Of a DNA stretch of 64,000 nt, positions 11,211 to 22,191 are shown piece by piece (position 1 is the first letter of the stretch; the number at the start of each line of letters is the position of its first letter). This DNA comes from an uncultured Solirubrobacterales bacterium (GTDB taxonomy: Bacteria > Actinomycetota > Thermoleophilia > Solirubrobacterales > 70-9), in the NCBI GenBank assembly GCA_963774395.1, contig CAVZET010000006.1, positions 431,148 through 495,147 of the forward strand, read 5' to 3'. Below the pieces are notes generated by a model. That model was not told where the DNA came from, did not search any database, and saw nothing but the letters and a program-made list of their open reading frames with translations. A program made the position numbers and the translations under genes.

Positions 11211-11930
11211 GTGCCTGATCGCAACCCCGCGATCGAGATTGAGCGCCTCGAAGTCATTCGGGGCTCTGTGACCGTGCTGCCCGGCATCTCCCTCAGCGTC
11301 GAGCGCGGCACCGTCACCGGCCTGCTCGGCCCGAGCGGCTCCGGCAAGAGCACCCTGATCCGGGCGATCGCGGGCGTTCAGATCGTCGCCGGCGGCGTGG
11401 TCACGGTGCTCGGCTCCGCCGCGGGGACGCCGAGCCTGCGGAGGAGCGTCGGCTACGTCACCCAGGCGCCCTCCGTCTACGGCGACCTGACGATCGCCGA
11501 GAACCTGCGCTACTTCGGTCGCATCCTCGGCGTCGACGCCGACAGGATCGAGGAGACGGCCGTGACCGTCGACCTGACCGCCGAGCTCGACCGCGTCGTC
11601 GGCACGCTCTCCGGCGGACAGCGCAACCGCGTCTCGCTCGCCGTCGCGCTGCTCGCCAAGCCCGACCTCCTGCTGCTCGACGAGCCGACCGTCGGCCTCG
11701 ATCCCGTCCTCCGCGCTTCGCTCTGGCAGACCTTCGGCGAACTTGCCGCCGCCGGGACGACGCTGCTCGTCTCCAGCCACGTGATGGACGAGGCGACGCG
11801 CTGCGAGCAGCTGCTGCTGCTCCGCGAGGGCCGCATCGCCTTCGCGGGCCGACCGGCCGAGCTGCTCGCGCGAACCGGTACGTCCGACCCCGAGGATGCC
11901 TTCCTGCGCCTGATCCGCGAGGACGGAGCG
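11211..11930 (+). CDS. ABC-2 type exporter ATP-binding protein (no stop codon before the permease ATG in this sequence)
   Basis: GPSGSGKSTL Walker A, LSGGQRNRVSLAVAL signature, LLLLDEPTVGLD Walker B, and an EDAFLRLI C-terminus. GTG at 11211 is the first plausible start after the divergent scpA start. Confidence 0.8.
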
Positions 11931-12668
11931 ATGACCGGAGCCGCGACGCTCGCGACCGCCGCCCGAGTCGTGCTGCAACTGCGTCGCGACCCGCGGACGA
12001 TCGCGCTCGTGATCGCGGTGCCGGTCGCCCTCGTCGCCCTGATGAAAGGTGTGCTCTCCGGTAGCCCGGGGAGCTTCGACCGGGTCGGCGCGCCGCTCGT
12101 CGGGATCTTCCCGCTGATCTCGATGTTCCTGGTCACGTCCATCACGATGCTGCGCGAGCGCATCGGCGGCACGCTCGAGCGGCTGATGACGATGCCGCTT
12201 GCGAAGCTCGACCTGATCGCCGGCTACGGCCTCGCCTTCGCCGGTGTCGCCGTGATCCAGGGAGCGATCGTCGCCGGCTTCGCCTTCGCCGTGCTCGGGC
12301 TCGACGTCGCCGGATCGGCCGCCGCGGTAGTCGCCCTCGCCGTCCTCAACGCCGTGCTCGGGACCGCCCTCGGGCTGCTCGCCAGCGCCTTCGCCCGGAC
12401 CGAGTTCCAGGCCGTCCAGTTCATGCCGGCGCTGATCCTGCCGCAGCTGCTCCTCTGTGGCCTCTTCGTGCCCCGGGACCAGATGGCGCCGGCGCTCGAG
12501 GCCGTTTCGTGGGCGCTGCCGATGACCTACTCGTACGACGCGATCGCCCGCGTCGCCTCCGACGGCGGGCTGGGCAGGGCCGGCTCGCTCGACGTGCTCG
12601 TCGTGATCGCCGTCACCGTCCTCTCGCTGGCGCTCGGCGCCCTGACCCTGCGCCGGCGGACGGAGTAG
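11931..12668 (+). CDS. ABC-2 type transporter permease
   Basis: MTGAATLATAARVVLQLRRDPRTIALVIAVPVALVALM followed by about six hydrophobic segments. It ends at the stop at 12668. The ATG sits in an ATGA context at 11931..11934. Confidence 0.78.
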   Translation: MTGAATLATAARVVLQLRRDPRTIALVIAVPVALVALMKGVLSGSPGSFDRVGAPLVGIFPLISMFLVTSITMLRERIGGTLERLMTMPLAKLDLIAGYGLAFAGVAVIQGAIVAGFAFAVLGLDVAGSAAAVVALAVLNAVLGTALGLLASAFARTEFQAVQFMPALILPQLLLCGLFVPRDQMAPALEAVSWALPMTYSYDAIARVASDGGLGRAGSLDVLVVIAVTVLSLALGALTLRRRTE

Positions 12669-12676
12669 CCGGGAGC

Positions 12677-14160
12677 TCAGCCGGCGCGGACCGCAGCTTC
12701 TGCGCGTCCCGGCGCGACACGGGCCACGATGCGGCCGGCGTCGCTGCGATCCCAGGGCCCGGCCCGGTCGACCCGCCGGAGCCGACGAAGGACGCCTGCA
12801 CGGTCCGGCGCGCCCGCAGCGGCTTCGTCCGCCGGCAGCGCGGCGGCGGAGCACGGAGACCGGCCGCGGCGGGCTGCGCGCAGGCAGACCTTGACCGCCG
12901 CGACGGGCTCCCGCGCGCCTGGGGCCCGGACGAGAACGACCAGGCGCCGGCGATGGTCGGCGCCGGACGGCAAGCGACGCGCGGCTTGACCTTGGCGCGC
13001 GGCGAGCCCGGCGCGACGGCTCGAGATCCGCGGGCACTGGCGCCGCCGGTAGCCGGCGCGCGACGCGCAGCGCGCAGTAGGCGGGCTTCGGCTTGAAGGA
13101 GCTGCTCGGCTCGCCCGGGCCGGCGCGGACGACGCCGAAGCCGCGCTCGGGGTCCTCGGCGGGAGCTCGTCGCGGTCGGCGAGCGTGTAGACGAGCACGC
13201 CGAGCGTGTCGCGCATCGGAGGATCCGCCGCTCGCGCGGAGCAGCAGTCGCGCCTGCTGCGGCCGGTCGAGGCGGGAGGGCCCGCTCGTCGTCCGCCCCA
13301 TCTCGCTGACCAGCAGCGGCGTGAGCCGTCGCCGGCGGCGTCGCGGACGGCGCGGATCGTGGCGAAGAACTGGCCGAAGACCGAGCCGGCCCGAGACCCT
13401 TGGCCGGGAAGACGTGGAAGTTGACGGCGTCGGTGTGGCCCTTCAGCGAGGGCGCGCCGCATAGGCGTGGCGCAGGAAGTCGGCGCGGTCAGCGAGCGAT
13501 CCTTGACGGCGCTGCCGAGACCGCCGGCGTAGACGGGGATCGGGGGTTGACCGCAGCGGCGGCCGCGTCGGCGGCGGCAAGCAGTCGCGCGTAGCGGGCC
13601 GGGTCGACGCCCGACTGCCACTGACCGACGTAGTTGGGCTCGTTCCAGACCTCGATCGCGGCCTTCGGGTAACGGCGGGCGATCTAGGCGACGAACTCGC
13701 GCCACTCACCGAGCATCGACGGCCGGCGGGTAGTGGCAGGAGTCGGAGGCGCCGCAGTCCTGCGGGGCGCCCGGGTCCCGGGCCCAGGCGGGCGCGTACT
13801 GGAGCACGAAGATCGGCGTGATACCGGCGCGCGCGGAGGGCCGCGTAGAGCGCGTCGTAGGGAACGAAGCGCGGCCTAGTCGTAGCGGTCCCGCTGCGGC
13901 TCCAGCGCCTGCCAGTGGATCGTCGTGCGGGTCGCGTTGCCGCCGACCGCCGTGATCAGCGGCGCGCGCGGCGCGGGTCGGGGCCCCCGATCTGGCGGAT
14001 CCCCGCAAAGCCGTAGAGCTGCCCGCGGAGCGGGGCAGTGATCGGGCTCGGGAGCTCTCATCGCCACCGGGTCGGCGAAGCCAGGGCCGTGCCGGCGGTC
14101 GCGAGCAGCAGCGCCAGCAGGTCCCCAGGCGACGCACAGGCCCCACCGCCGGCCGGTGGG
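12677..14160 (-). pseudogene. clan GH-A glycoside hydrolase paralog A (cellulase/GH5-GH39-like, secreted); in-frame TAG plus frameshifts; ends approximate
   Basis: GGNATRTTIHWQALEPQRDRYD, MLGEWREFVA-stop-IARRYPKAAIEVWNEPNYVGQWQSGVDPARYARLL (stop is plus-strand cta at 13684..13686), KGHTDAVNFHVFP, DTLGVLVYTLADRDELP. Homologous to copies B and C in the same order. Confidence 0.6.
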
Positions 14161-14292
14161 CGGAAGAGGCGACAACGAACTGGTCCCCCTATCGGCAGCC
14201 CCGCGGGGCTCGTGGAGTCGGTCCCCGCGGCGCTTGAGGGCGGACACCACGCGAAGGCCGTAGCTTTCGCCCCCGACTTCGCCTTCGCAGCG

Positions 14293-15773
14293 TCAGCGCC
14301 GCTCGAGATGGCGCGGTGATCGCCGGCCGGGCGCGGACACCGCGGCCACTCGCCACGAAGCGCAGCCGACTCGGCCGGCGCCGCGCTTGCGCAGCCGCAC
14401 CTTGAAGGACGGGTGCGACATGCCTGCCCGCGCGCAGTTCGGACCCCGACCCGCTTGCATCGCCGCGCCATGACGCTGGACCCGGCGCCTGGTGGCCTCG
14501 GGCGCAGATCCGGATCCTTGCCGCCTCGACGAGCTCGCCCGGCGCGTCGACGCTGATCATCACCCGACGCGCACGGCCGCCGGGGCGCAGCCGCGATGCT
14601 TCGCGGCTTGCGACCTCACGCACGAGCAGCCGCCTGACGGCGTCGCCCGCCCGCGGGGCCTTGGGGCAACCGCGAGTATCCGGCCGCATGTCGCGAAGAG
14701 CGCAGTAGGCGGGCTTCGGGTGGTAGTCGCTGCTGTTGCCGCCGGGGCCGGCGCGGCCGATGCCGTATCCGCGCTCGGGGTCGGTCGACGGGAAGCTCGT
14801 TGCGATCGGCGAGCGTGTAGACGAGGACGCCGAGCGTGTCCGGCATCGAGAGGATCTCCTCCGCGTCGCGCGCAGAGCAGTCGGCCTGCTGCGCCTCGGT
14901 GAGCCGCTCGGGCCGCTCGTGGTGCGGCCCATCTCGCTGACGAGGATCGGCGTCGTCGTGGTCGCCGGTCGTATCGAACCGCGCGCAGCCTGGGTGAAAA
15001 GCGCTGCGAAGTCGAGTGCGGGCCCGAGTTCGACCGGCGGGAAGACGTGGAGGTTGATCGCGTCCGTGTGTCCCTTCGATCGACGGGTTCGCGGCGTAGG
15101 CCTTGCTGCAGGAAGCGGTGGCGGCGTCAGCGAGTCGTCCTTGGCGGCGGTGCCGAGGCCGCCGGCGTAGACCGGGATCGCAGGGTTGACGGCGGCGCGC
15201 GGCACTGTCGGCGACTGGGCGAGCAGCTGCGCGTAGCGAGCGGGATCGACGCCGGACTGCCACTGTCCGCCGTAGTTCGGCTCGTTCCAGATCTCGATCG
15301 CCGCCGCCGGGAAACGCCGGGCGACCTCGGCGACGAACTCGCGCCACTCGCCGAGCATCCGCCGGCGGGCGGGTAGTGGCAGGCGTCGGAGGTCTCCGCA
15401 GTCCTGCGGCCCGCCCGGGTCGCGCGCCCAGGCGGGCGCGTACTGGAGGACGAAGATCGGCTTGATCCCGGCGGCGACGAGCGCCGCGTAGAGCGCTCGT
15501 AGCGCTCGAACTCGGCTCTGCGTGAAGGCCCGCGCTTCGGCTCAGCGCCTGCCAGTGCAACGCCGTGCGCCTCGTATTGCCGCCGATACCTTCGTCAGCA
15601 GCCGCCGTCAGCTGCGGGGTCAGGTCCTCGACCGGGCGGATCGCCGCTGAAGCCGAAGATGTCCTTCGGCGCCCGCTGCTGCGTGACATGTCGCCGCGCG
15701 GCGCTGAGGCCCGTAGTCGAGCAGCGCAAGCAAGAGCACGCAGGCACCACGCCTGCACGACAGCGAGCGGGCA
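14293..15773 (-). CDS. clan GH-A glycoside hydrolase paralog B; several frameshifts; ends approximate
   Basis: ORF 14189..15358: MLGEWREFVAEVARRFPAAAIEIWNEPNYGGQWQSGVDPARYAQLL, PVYAGGLGTAAKDDSLT, KGHTDAINLHVFP, TPILVSEMG, DPERGYG, KPAYCALR. The N-terminus GGNTRRTALHWQAL is in ORF 14616..15758. A signal-like ATG lies near 15773. Confidence 0.6.
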
Positions 15774-15842
15774 TCCTTGGCGCCCAGTTCATCGTCAACC
15801 TGCGATGGTCCCAGCGCCGAGCAGCCGCCACGCCGGCTCCCT

Positions 15843-17500
15843 TCAGCGTGCGGTGTCGCCACAGATCGGCGCGCGGCGGCCGCGCGATGCGCTCAACGAC
15901 CTGCAATCCGCCGTGTGGTCGAGCCGGCGCGGGCATCGTCCAGCCTGCGACGAAACGGATCGTCGCTGCGGCCGTGGCCCCGCCTCGGCGAACTTGAGCC
16001 TGGGCAGCCGCTGTGCGCGCGCCGCGCCCGGCGCCCACGCAGACCGCCACCCTTGACACCCTGGCTTGCGGCCGACGTTGACGCGGCCGCGCGCTCCGTG
16101 CGCGCCAGGCTTGATCTTCGTCCGGCGACCCGCCGAGCTCGCGGACGCCGGGATCGACGTGAACGACGCAGCCCGGCGGTACGGATCGTGCCGGCCCGAA
16201 CGTCGCACGCGCAGACCGCGAACTGTGCGCCGCGAGCCGTGCTGAGTCGCCCGGGCTCGTGCAGCGTGACCGCGGGCCGTCGGGAGCACGGAGCCGCTGA
16301 TCCCCGGCGAGCAGGCGAAGCGGACTCCCCGTCCGCGATCGCCGCGGCGGATCTGCGGAGTAGGTGTCGGGCGGGCATCGACGTTGCGGTAGCCGGCCGC
16401 GCGCGCAGTCGCAGTAGGCGGGCTTCGGCGACTACCGTCGGTCCAGCAGCCCTGCTGCGCGGACGACGCCGAAGCCGCGCTCGCGGGTCCTGGCAGCTCG
16501 TCGCGGTCGGCGAGGGTGTAGATGAGGACGCCGAGCGTCCGGCATCGCAGACCTCGGCGGCGCGCCCGCAGGCGCAGCGGCCTGCTCCTTCTCGAGCGCC
16601 CCGGGCCCGCTGGTCGTCACGGCCCGATCTCGCTGACCAGGATCGGCGTCGAGTGAGTCGCCGGCCGCGTCGCGGACCCGGCGGACCTTCGTCGAAGTAG
16701 CGATGCGAACGCCGAGCCGGGTCCGACGTGGAGGGCCGGGAAGAGGTGCAGGTTGATCGCGTCCGTGTGCCCCTTCAGCGAAGGACGGGCGGCGTACGCC
16801 GCCGCAGGAACTGCGGCGGCGTCAGCGAGCGGTCCTTGGTCGCCGTACCGAGCCCGCCGGCGTAAACAGGAGTCCTGCGGGTTGACCGAGTGGACGGCTG
16901 ATCGGCGGCGGCGAGCAGCCGCGCGTAGCGCGCCGGGTCGACCCCCGACTGCCACTGGCCGATGTAGTTGGGCTCGTTCCAGACCTCGATCGACGCCTTC
17001 GGGTATCGGCGCGCGATCGTTGCGACGAACTCCTGCCATTCGCCGAGCATCGAGCGGGCCGGCGGGTAATGGCACGCAGTCGGAGCTGCCGCAGCGCTTC
17101 GCGGCGCCGCCGTCCCGCGCCCAGGCCGGCGCGTACTGAAGGACGAAGATCGGCGTGATGTTCTCGGCCGACGAGGCCCCGGTAGAGGCGCGTCGTAGCG
17201 CAGGAACTCGTCCTCGTCGTAGTGGTCGCGCTGCGGCTCGAGTGCCTGCCAGTGGATCGCCGTACGCGTCGTGTTGCCGGCGATTCCGCGCGTAAGCAGC
17301 GCCGTCGTCCGCGGCGTCAGGTCGCCGCTGGGGCGGATGCCGCTGAAGCCGAACAGCTGCTTCGGCCTGCCCTTTGCGGCGGCGTTGCCGAGGGCTGCCC
17401 ACCGCACGCGAGGGCAAGCAGGAACGTCCCAGACGGCGATCGCCGCCACGATCGCCAGCCGTCCCGCCGACGGCCCCAGAGGTGGGCGCCCGTCCGTCAC
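15843..17500 (-). CDS. clan GH-A glycoside hydrolase paralog C; several frameshifts; ends approximate
   Basis: ORF 16775..17728: GIAGNTTRTAIHWQALEPQRDHYDEDEF, MLGEWQEFVATIARRYPKASIEVWNEPNYIGQWQSGVDPARYARLL. ORF 16617..17417: ITPIFVLQYAPAWARD, KGHTDAINLHLFP, TPILVSEIG. Confidence 0.58.
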
Positions 17501-17543
17501 CAAGGGGAATGTAGAGGGCCGCGCCTCCGGCGGCCCCCGAGGA

Positions 17544-18575
17544 TCAGCCGCGCGGCGCGCCGACGCCCATCGCCTCGCGCACGTCAGCGAGCACCGGGGC
17601 GGCGATCGAGCGGGCCTGCTCGGCGCCGGCGGCGAGCGCGCGCTCGAGCCCCGCCTCATCGGCCCGCAGCTCGGCGTAGCGCTCGCGGACCGGCGCCAGG
17701 TACTCGACGACGGCCTCGGCGACGGCACCCTTGAAGTCGCCGTAGCCCTTGCCGTCGAACTCGGCCTCGATCACTTCGGCATCGGTGCCGCGGACCACGG
17801 CAAGGATGTCGATCAGGTTCGCGATACCCTCCTTGCCGGGACCCCGCTTGACCTCGCGGCCGGAGTCGGTAACGGCGCTCTTGAGCTTCTTGGTCACGAC
17901 CGCCGGATCGTCGAGAACGAGCACCGTGCCCTGCTCGGAGCCACCCGTCGTCGACATCTTCGCGGTCGGGTCCTGCAGGTCCATGATCCGGGCACCGACC
18001 TCCGGGATCCGGTGCTCGGGCACGACCAGCGTCTCGCCGAAGCGCTCGTTGAAGCGACGGGCGATCTCGCGCATGAGCTCGACGTGCTGGCGCTGGTCGT
18101 CGCCGACGGGGACGTCGGTCGGCCCGGTAGGCGAGCACGTCGGCGGCCATCAGCACCGGGTAGTTGAAGATCCCCGCGGAGACGAAGCCCACCCTGGCCG
18201 GCTCTCGATCTGCTCGCGCTTGACCTTCCACTGGTGCATCCGGTTGAGGTCGCCCCAGGCGGTGACGCCGCAGAGCAGCCAGGTGAGCTCGGTGTGCTCG
18301 CTGACGTCGCTCTGGCGAAAGAGGATGCAGCGCTCGGGGTCGAGGCCGGCGGCGAGCAGGATCGCGGTCGTGTCGTAGGTCCGCTCCCGGAGCTCGACCG
18401 GGTCGTAGTCGACGGTCGTCGCGTGCAGATCGACGATGCAATAGAGCGCGGCGTCCGGCGTTGCGGCCCGCTCCTGCCCCTCGACGTACTGGCGGATCGC
18501 CCCGATGTAGTTGCCGAGGTGCTTGCGGCCGGTCGGCTGGATGCCGCTGAAGATGCGATGCGCGGGGCTGCTCAC
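17544..18575 (-). CDS. trpS: tryptophan--tRNA ligase; frameshift(s) near 18080-18200
   Basis: N-terminus RIFSGIQPTGRKHLGNYIGAIRQYV (HIGH-type region) in ORF 18150..19301. The C-terminal part has the KMSTTGG (KMSKS-type) loop in ORF 17544..18074. GTG start at 18575. Confidence 0.88.
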
Positions 18576-18653
18576 GGCAGCGCAGCGTAATGCGTCGGCG
18601 CGCCGCGGCCGGGCGCGGCCAGATGCGCACGCCGGGAATAGACTCGCGCCGCA

Positions 18654-20248
18654 GTGACTCGACCGACGAGCCGCCCGCTGACGCTGACCGCTGTCGTCGC
18701 CGCTGCTGGCATCGTCCAGCTCCCAACGGCGGCGGTCGTCGTCGCGCTGCCCGCGATCCACGGCGAGTTCGGGACCTCGATCGCGGAGCTGCAGTGGACC
18801 GTGACCGCGTTCATGATCCCCTTCTCGGCCTTCCTGATCGCCGCCGGCCGGCTCGCCGACGTCTTCGGCCGCAAGCGCTTCCTGCTGCTCGGCACCGCGC
18901 TGTTCGCCGCCGGCTCGATCCTCGCCGCCGCCGCGCCCGGGATCGAGGTCCTGATCGCGGGCATCGCCCTCGCCGGCAGCGGCGGCGCGCTGATCATGCC
19001 CTCCTCGATGTCGGTGCTGACGAACGTCTTCACCGGCGAGCGGCGCGGCACCGCGATCGGCATGTGGGGCGCGGCGACCGAGCTCGTCTCCGGCATCGGC
19101 GTGCTGATCGGCGGCGTGCTCACCGGCGAGCTCGACTGGCGCTGGATCTTCATCGTCTGCGCCGCGATCGCCGGTCGGCGTCGCACTGTGCGCCTGGCGC
19201 GGTGCGCCGGAGTCGCGCGACCCGAAGGCGTCGCGCCAGGTCGACCTGCTCGGCGTCGGGCTCTCCGTTACCGCGCTGACCTCGCTCACCCTCGCTCTCA
19301 TTCAGGGCGCGACCTGGGGCTGGGGCTCGCCGGCCATCATCACGCTGCTCGTCCTCGCCGTCGTCCTCGCCACCGGCCTTCGTCATCGTCGAGCGCCGCG
19401 CACCCCAGCCGATCATCGACTTCGACTTCTTCCGGCGCCGCAACTTCGCCGGCGCGACGATCGTCATCTTCGCCCTGGACTTCTCCTTCGGCGCGCTGCT
19501 CTTCTTCCTGCCGCTGTACTTCCAGGAGATCCTCGGCTACAGCCCGACCGAGGTCGGCGTGCTGCTGCTGCCGCTGACCGGGCTGATGGTCGTCGGCTCG
19601 CCGCTCGGCGGTCGTGCCGCCGCCTCGCTGGGACCGAGGCCGCCGATCGCCGTCGGCCTCGCGCTGATGTGCATCGCGGTCGTGCTGATCTCGCGCCTGT
19701 CGCTTTCGACCGACTACGCGGACCTGTGGCTGCCGACGGCGCTGATGGGCTTCGGCGTCGGCTTCTCGCTGACGCCGATGAACCTCGCGGCGATGAACGC
19801 CGTCTCCCGCGATCACACCGGCGCCGCCTCCGGCGTGCTCGTCACGCTCAGCGGTCTCGGCGCGACCCTCGGCGTCGCCGTAACCGGCGCGATCTTCAAC
19901 GAGCTCGACGCGCAGCGCACCGTCACCGACGTCGGCAAGCTCGGGATCACGGTCAGCCGCGACCAGGCCCAGGAGCTCGACGGGGTCCTCTCCGGCGCCA
20001 GCGGTGCCACGCAGACGCTCGACAAGATCGCCGGCCATGACACGGCAGCCGTCAAGGAGGCGGTCCGGCAGGCGTTCGTCGACTCGCTCGGCACGAGCCT
20101 GAAGATCTCCGCGGCGCTGATCCTGCTCGCGCTGATCCTCTCGCGTGATCCTCCTGCGCCGCACCTCACCGGTCGATGCCGCTCCGATCCCGCCCGTGGG
20201 CGGCGCGCCGACGCCGCGCCCGGCGCCGCGGCGCATCGACCTCGGTGA
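18654..20248 (+). CDS. MFS transporter, DHA2 (EmrB/QacA-like, 14-TM) family; frameshifts; 3' end uncertain
   Basis: LPAIHGEFGTSIAELQWTVTAFMIPFSAFLIAAGRLADVFGRKR (MFS motif A region) in ORF 18654..19577. Later TM helices are in ORF 19559..20248 (LTPMNLAAMNAVSRDHTGAASGVLVTLSGLGATLG). Confidence 0.8.
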
Positions 20249-20304
20249 CCTCGAGGCCCTTGACCCGGCCGAGGTCCCCTGACGGCGGCCCCCCGGCGCC
20301 CGGC

Positions 20305-20980
20305 TCAGGCGCCGAGCGGGATCCCGAGCCGCTCGGCGACGGCCGCGTCCTGCTGCTCCATCACGGCGCGGACGGCGGCAACGACCTCTGCCGGCGCCTT
20401 CTCGAGCGAGCCGGCATCGTGTGGCGGATCGGGGTCGTACTCGATCCCGAGCTGCACGGCCTGCGCCGCGGTCTCGCCGAACATGCGGTCGACGAGGCGC
20501 AGCGCCATGTCGATCCCCGAGGAGACGCCGGCGGCGGTGACGATCTTGCCGCGCTCGACGACCCGCTCGGCAACCGGGTTCGCGCCGAGCTCGGCGAGCG
20601 TGTCACGGGCCGCCCAGTGGGTGGCCGCGTCGACGCCGTCGAGCAGCCCGGCGGCGGCGAGCATCAGGCTGCCGGTGCAGACCGAGGTGGTCCAGGTCGT
20701 CGTCTCGTGGACGGCCGCGAGCCACTCGGTGTAGGGGTTCGACGCCCTGCAGCCAACGCCGGTTGCCGAGCCCGCCCGGGACGACGACGATGTCCGGGGA
20801 TCGGACCTCGGCGAAGGAGCGATCGGCGATGACGCCGAGCTGGCCGTTCTCGGTCCGGTGCGTACCGGCCTCGGGCGCGCAGAAGACCACCTCGGTTCCC
20901 GGCACGCTCTGCAACACGTCGTAGGGTCCGATCGCGTCGAGCGCCGTGAACCCCTCGTAGATCGGGATCGCTACCTGCAT
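20305..20980 (-). CDS. DJ-1/PfpI family protein; one frameshift near 20690
   Basis: MQVAIPIYEGFTALDAIGPYDVLQ...DIVVVPGG (N-terminus in ORF 20603..22006; AGGAGG precedes the ATG at 20980), then AAGLLDGVDAATHWAARDTLAELGA...VTAAGVSSGIDMALRLV in ORF 20305..20664. Confidence 0.8.
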
Positions 20981-22002
20981 GGTGGTTCCTCCTGGGTCGG
21001 TGTTGTCGGCTTGCGGAAGTTCAGGCCGGCGCGGCCGCGCGCGAAGCGCTCGCGGTAGCCGCTCGGGCTCGTGCCGAGCCGGCGCTGGAAGGCCCGGCGC
21101 ATGACCTCGGCGCTGGCGAAGCCGCAGCGCGTCGGCGACCAGCTCGAGCCCCTCGTCGCCGGCCTCGAGCCGCGCCCGGGCCGCCTCGACGCGGGCCTGC
21201 TCGACGTAGTCGGCGGGGCTGGCGCCGAGCTCGGCGCGGAAGCGCCGCGCGAGCTGACGCTCGGAGAGGTGGAGCCGGCCGGCCAGCGCGGCCGACCGAG
21301 AGGTCTTCGTCGAGGTGCTCGGCGATCCACCCCTGCAGGTCGCGCAGCGGATCCGAGGAGGCGGCCCGGTGGGCGAGCTGGACCGAGAACTGCGACTGGC
21401 CGCCGGGGCGCTGCGCGTAGACGACGAGCCAGCGAGCGATCTCGAGCGCGAGCGCCGGCGCCATGGTCCTCCTCGACGAGCGCCAGGGCGAGGTCGATTC
21501 CGGCCGTAACACCGGCCGAGGTGACGAACTCGCCGTCGCGGACGAAGATCGGGTCGGCGTCGACCTCGACCTCGGGGAAGGCCGCGGCGAGCGCATCGCA
21601 GTACGCCCAGTGGGTGACGGCGCGCCGGCCGTCGAGCAGTCCGGCGGCGGCGAGCACGAAGGACCCGGAGCAGACGCCGGCGGTGCGACGGGCGGCGCCC
21701 GAAAGCCGGCGGACCTCGGCGAGCAGCGGCCTCGTCGGCGACCGCGGCCCGCGTGCCGCTGCCGCCGGGAACGAGCAGCGTGTCGAGCTCAGTCGATCTC
21801 GTCCAGGCGAGCGTCGACGGCCGAGCGTCAGGCCGCTGGAGGTGCGGACCGGGTCGCCAGAGAGCGAGGCCGTCGTCAGCGAGTAGCACTGAGGGAGACG
21901 CGCCGCGGCGGTGTTGAAGACCTCCCAGGGCCCGGTCAGGTCGAGGCTCTGGATGTCCTCGTAGACGGCGAAGACGATGCGGCGAGGCTGGGCATGTGGC
22001 AA
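20971..22002 (-). CDS. GlxA-family transcriptional regulator (DJ-1/PfpI-like N-domain plus AraC-type HTH); frameshifts
   Basis: RRIVFAVYEDIQSLDLTGPWEVF...VCSGSFVLAAAGLLDGRRAVTHWAY...VTSAGVTAGIDLALALVEEDHG (20971..22002). The HTH part (LSERQLARRFRAELGASPADYVEQARVEAARARLE) is in another frame. Confidence 0.78.
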   Translation of the reverse strand: MPHAQPRRIVFAVYEDIQSLDLTGPWEVFNTAAARLPQCYSLTTASLSGDPVRTSSGLTLGRRRSPGRDRLSSTRCSFPAAAARGPRSPTRPLLAEVRRLSGAARRTAGVCSGSFVLAAAGLLDGRRAVTHWAYCDALAAAFPEVEVDADPIFVRDGEFVTSAGVTAGIDLALALVEEDHGAGARARDRSLARRLRAAPRRPVAVLGPARPPGRLLGSAARPAGVDRRAPRRRPLGRPRWPAGSTSPSVSSRGASAPSSAPAPPTTSSRPASRRPGRGSRPATRGSSWSPTRCGFASAEVMRRAFQRRLGTSPSGYRERFARGRAGLNFRKPTTPTQEEPPCR

Positions 22003-22081
22003 TCATGGCCCGATCGAGCGATGTCGTGCAAGTCGCCTATCCCACGCTTTCAGACATCAGGAAAGGCTCTCGCCGCGCGAC

Positions 22082-22175
22082 TGGTCACATTGCCTCTCAA
22101 GTTAGGAGGGAACGTGACCAGCCGACCCAGAAGGATCCTTCCGCCGGCCTCCCCTCGCTGCAATCGCCGGCCGGG
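22082..22175 (+). repeat. intergenic repeat element: 39-nt hairpin (22082..22120) plus a conserved flank box (22148..22175)
   Basis: tggtcacattgcctctcaagttaggagggaacgtgacca has the same length and TGGTCAC...GTGACCA ends as the gcvT-leader hairpins. The box cctcccctcgctgcaatcgccggccggg lies 27 nt after it, the same spacing as in the gcvT-leader unit read on the opposite strand. Confidence 0.7.
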
Positions 22176-22191
22176 CACCGGCGCGCCGCCC

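Noticed and set aside
10125-13301. Very long ORFs such as 10125..13301 (-, 1058 aa), 43943..46219 (+, 758 aa), 1931..3370 (+), 3513..5021 (+), 21463..23169 (+), 56781..58856 (+) and 30819..32951 (+) beyond 32205
   Set aside because: They are Arg/Ala/Pro/Gly-rich low-complexity translations. They run antisense to, or out of frame with, genes that have clear family motifs. Open frames of this kind are expected at about 70% GC. Only short stretches of them coincide with real genes (for example scpA inside 10125..13301).
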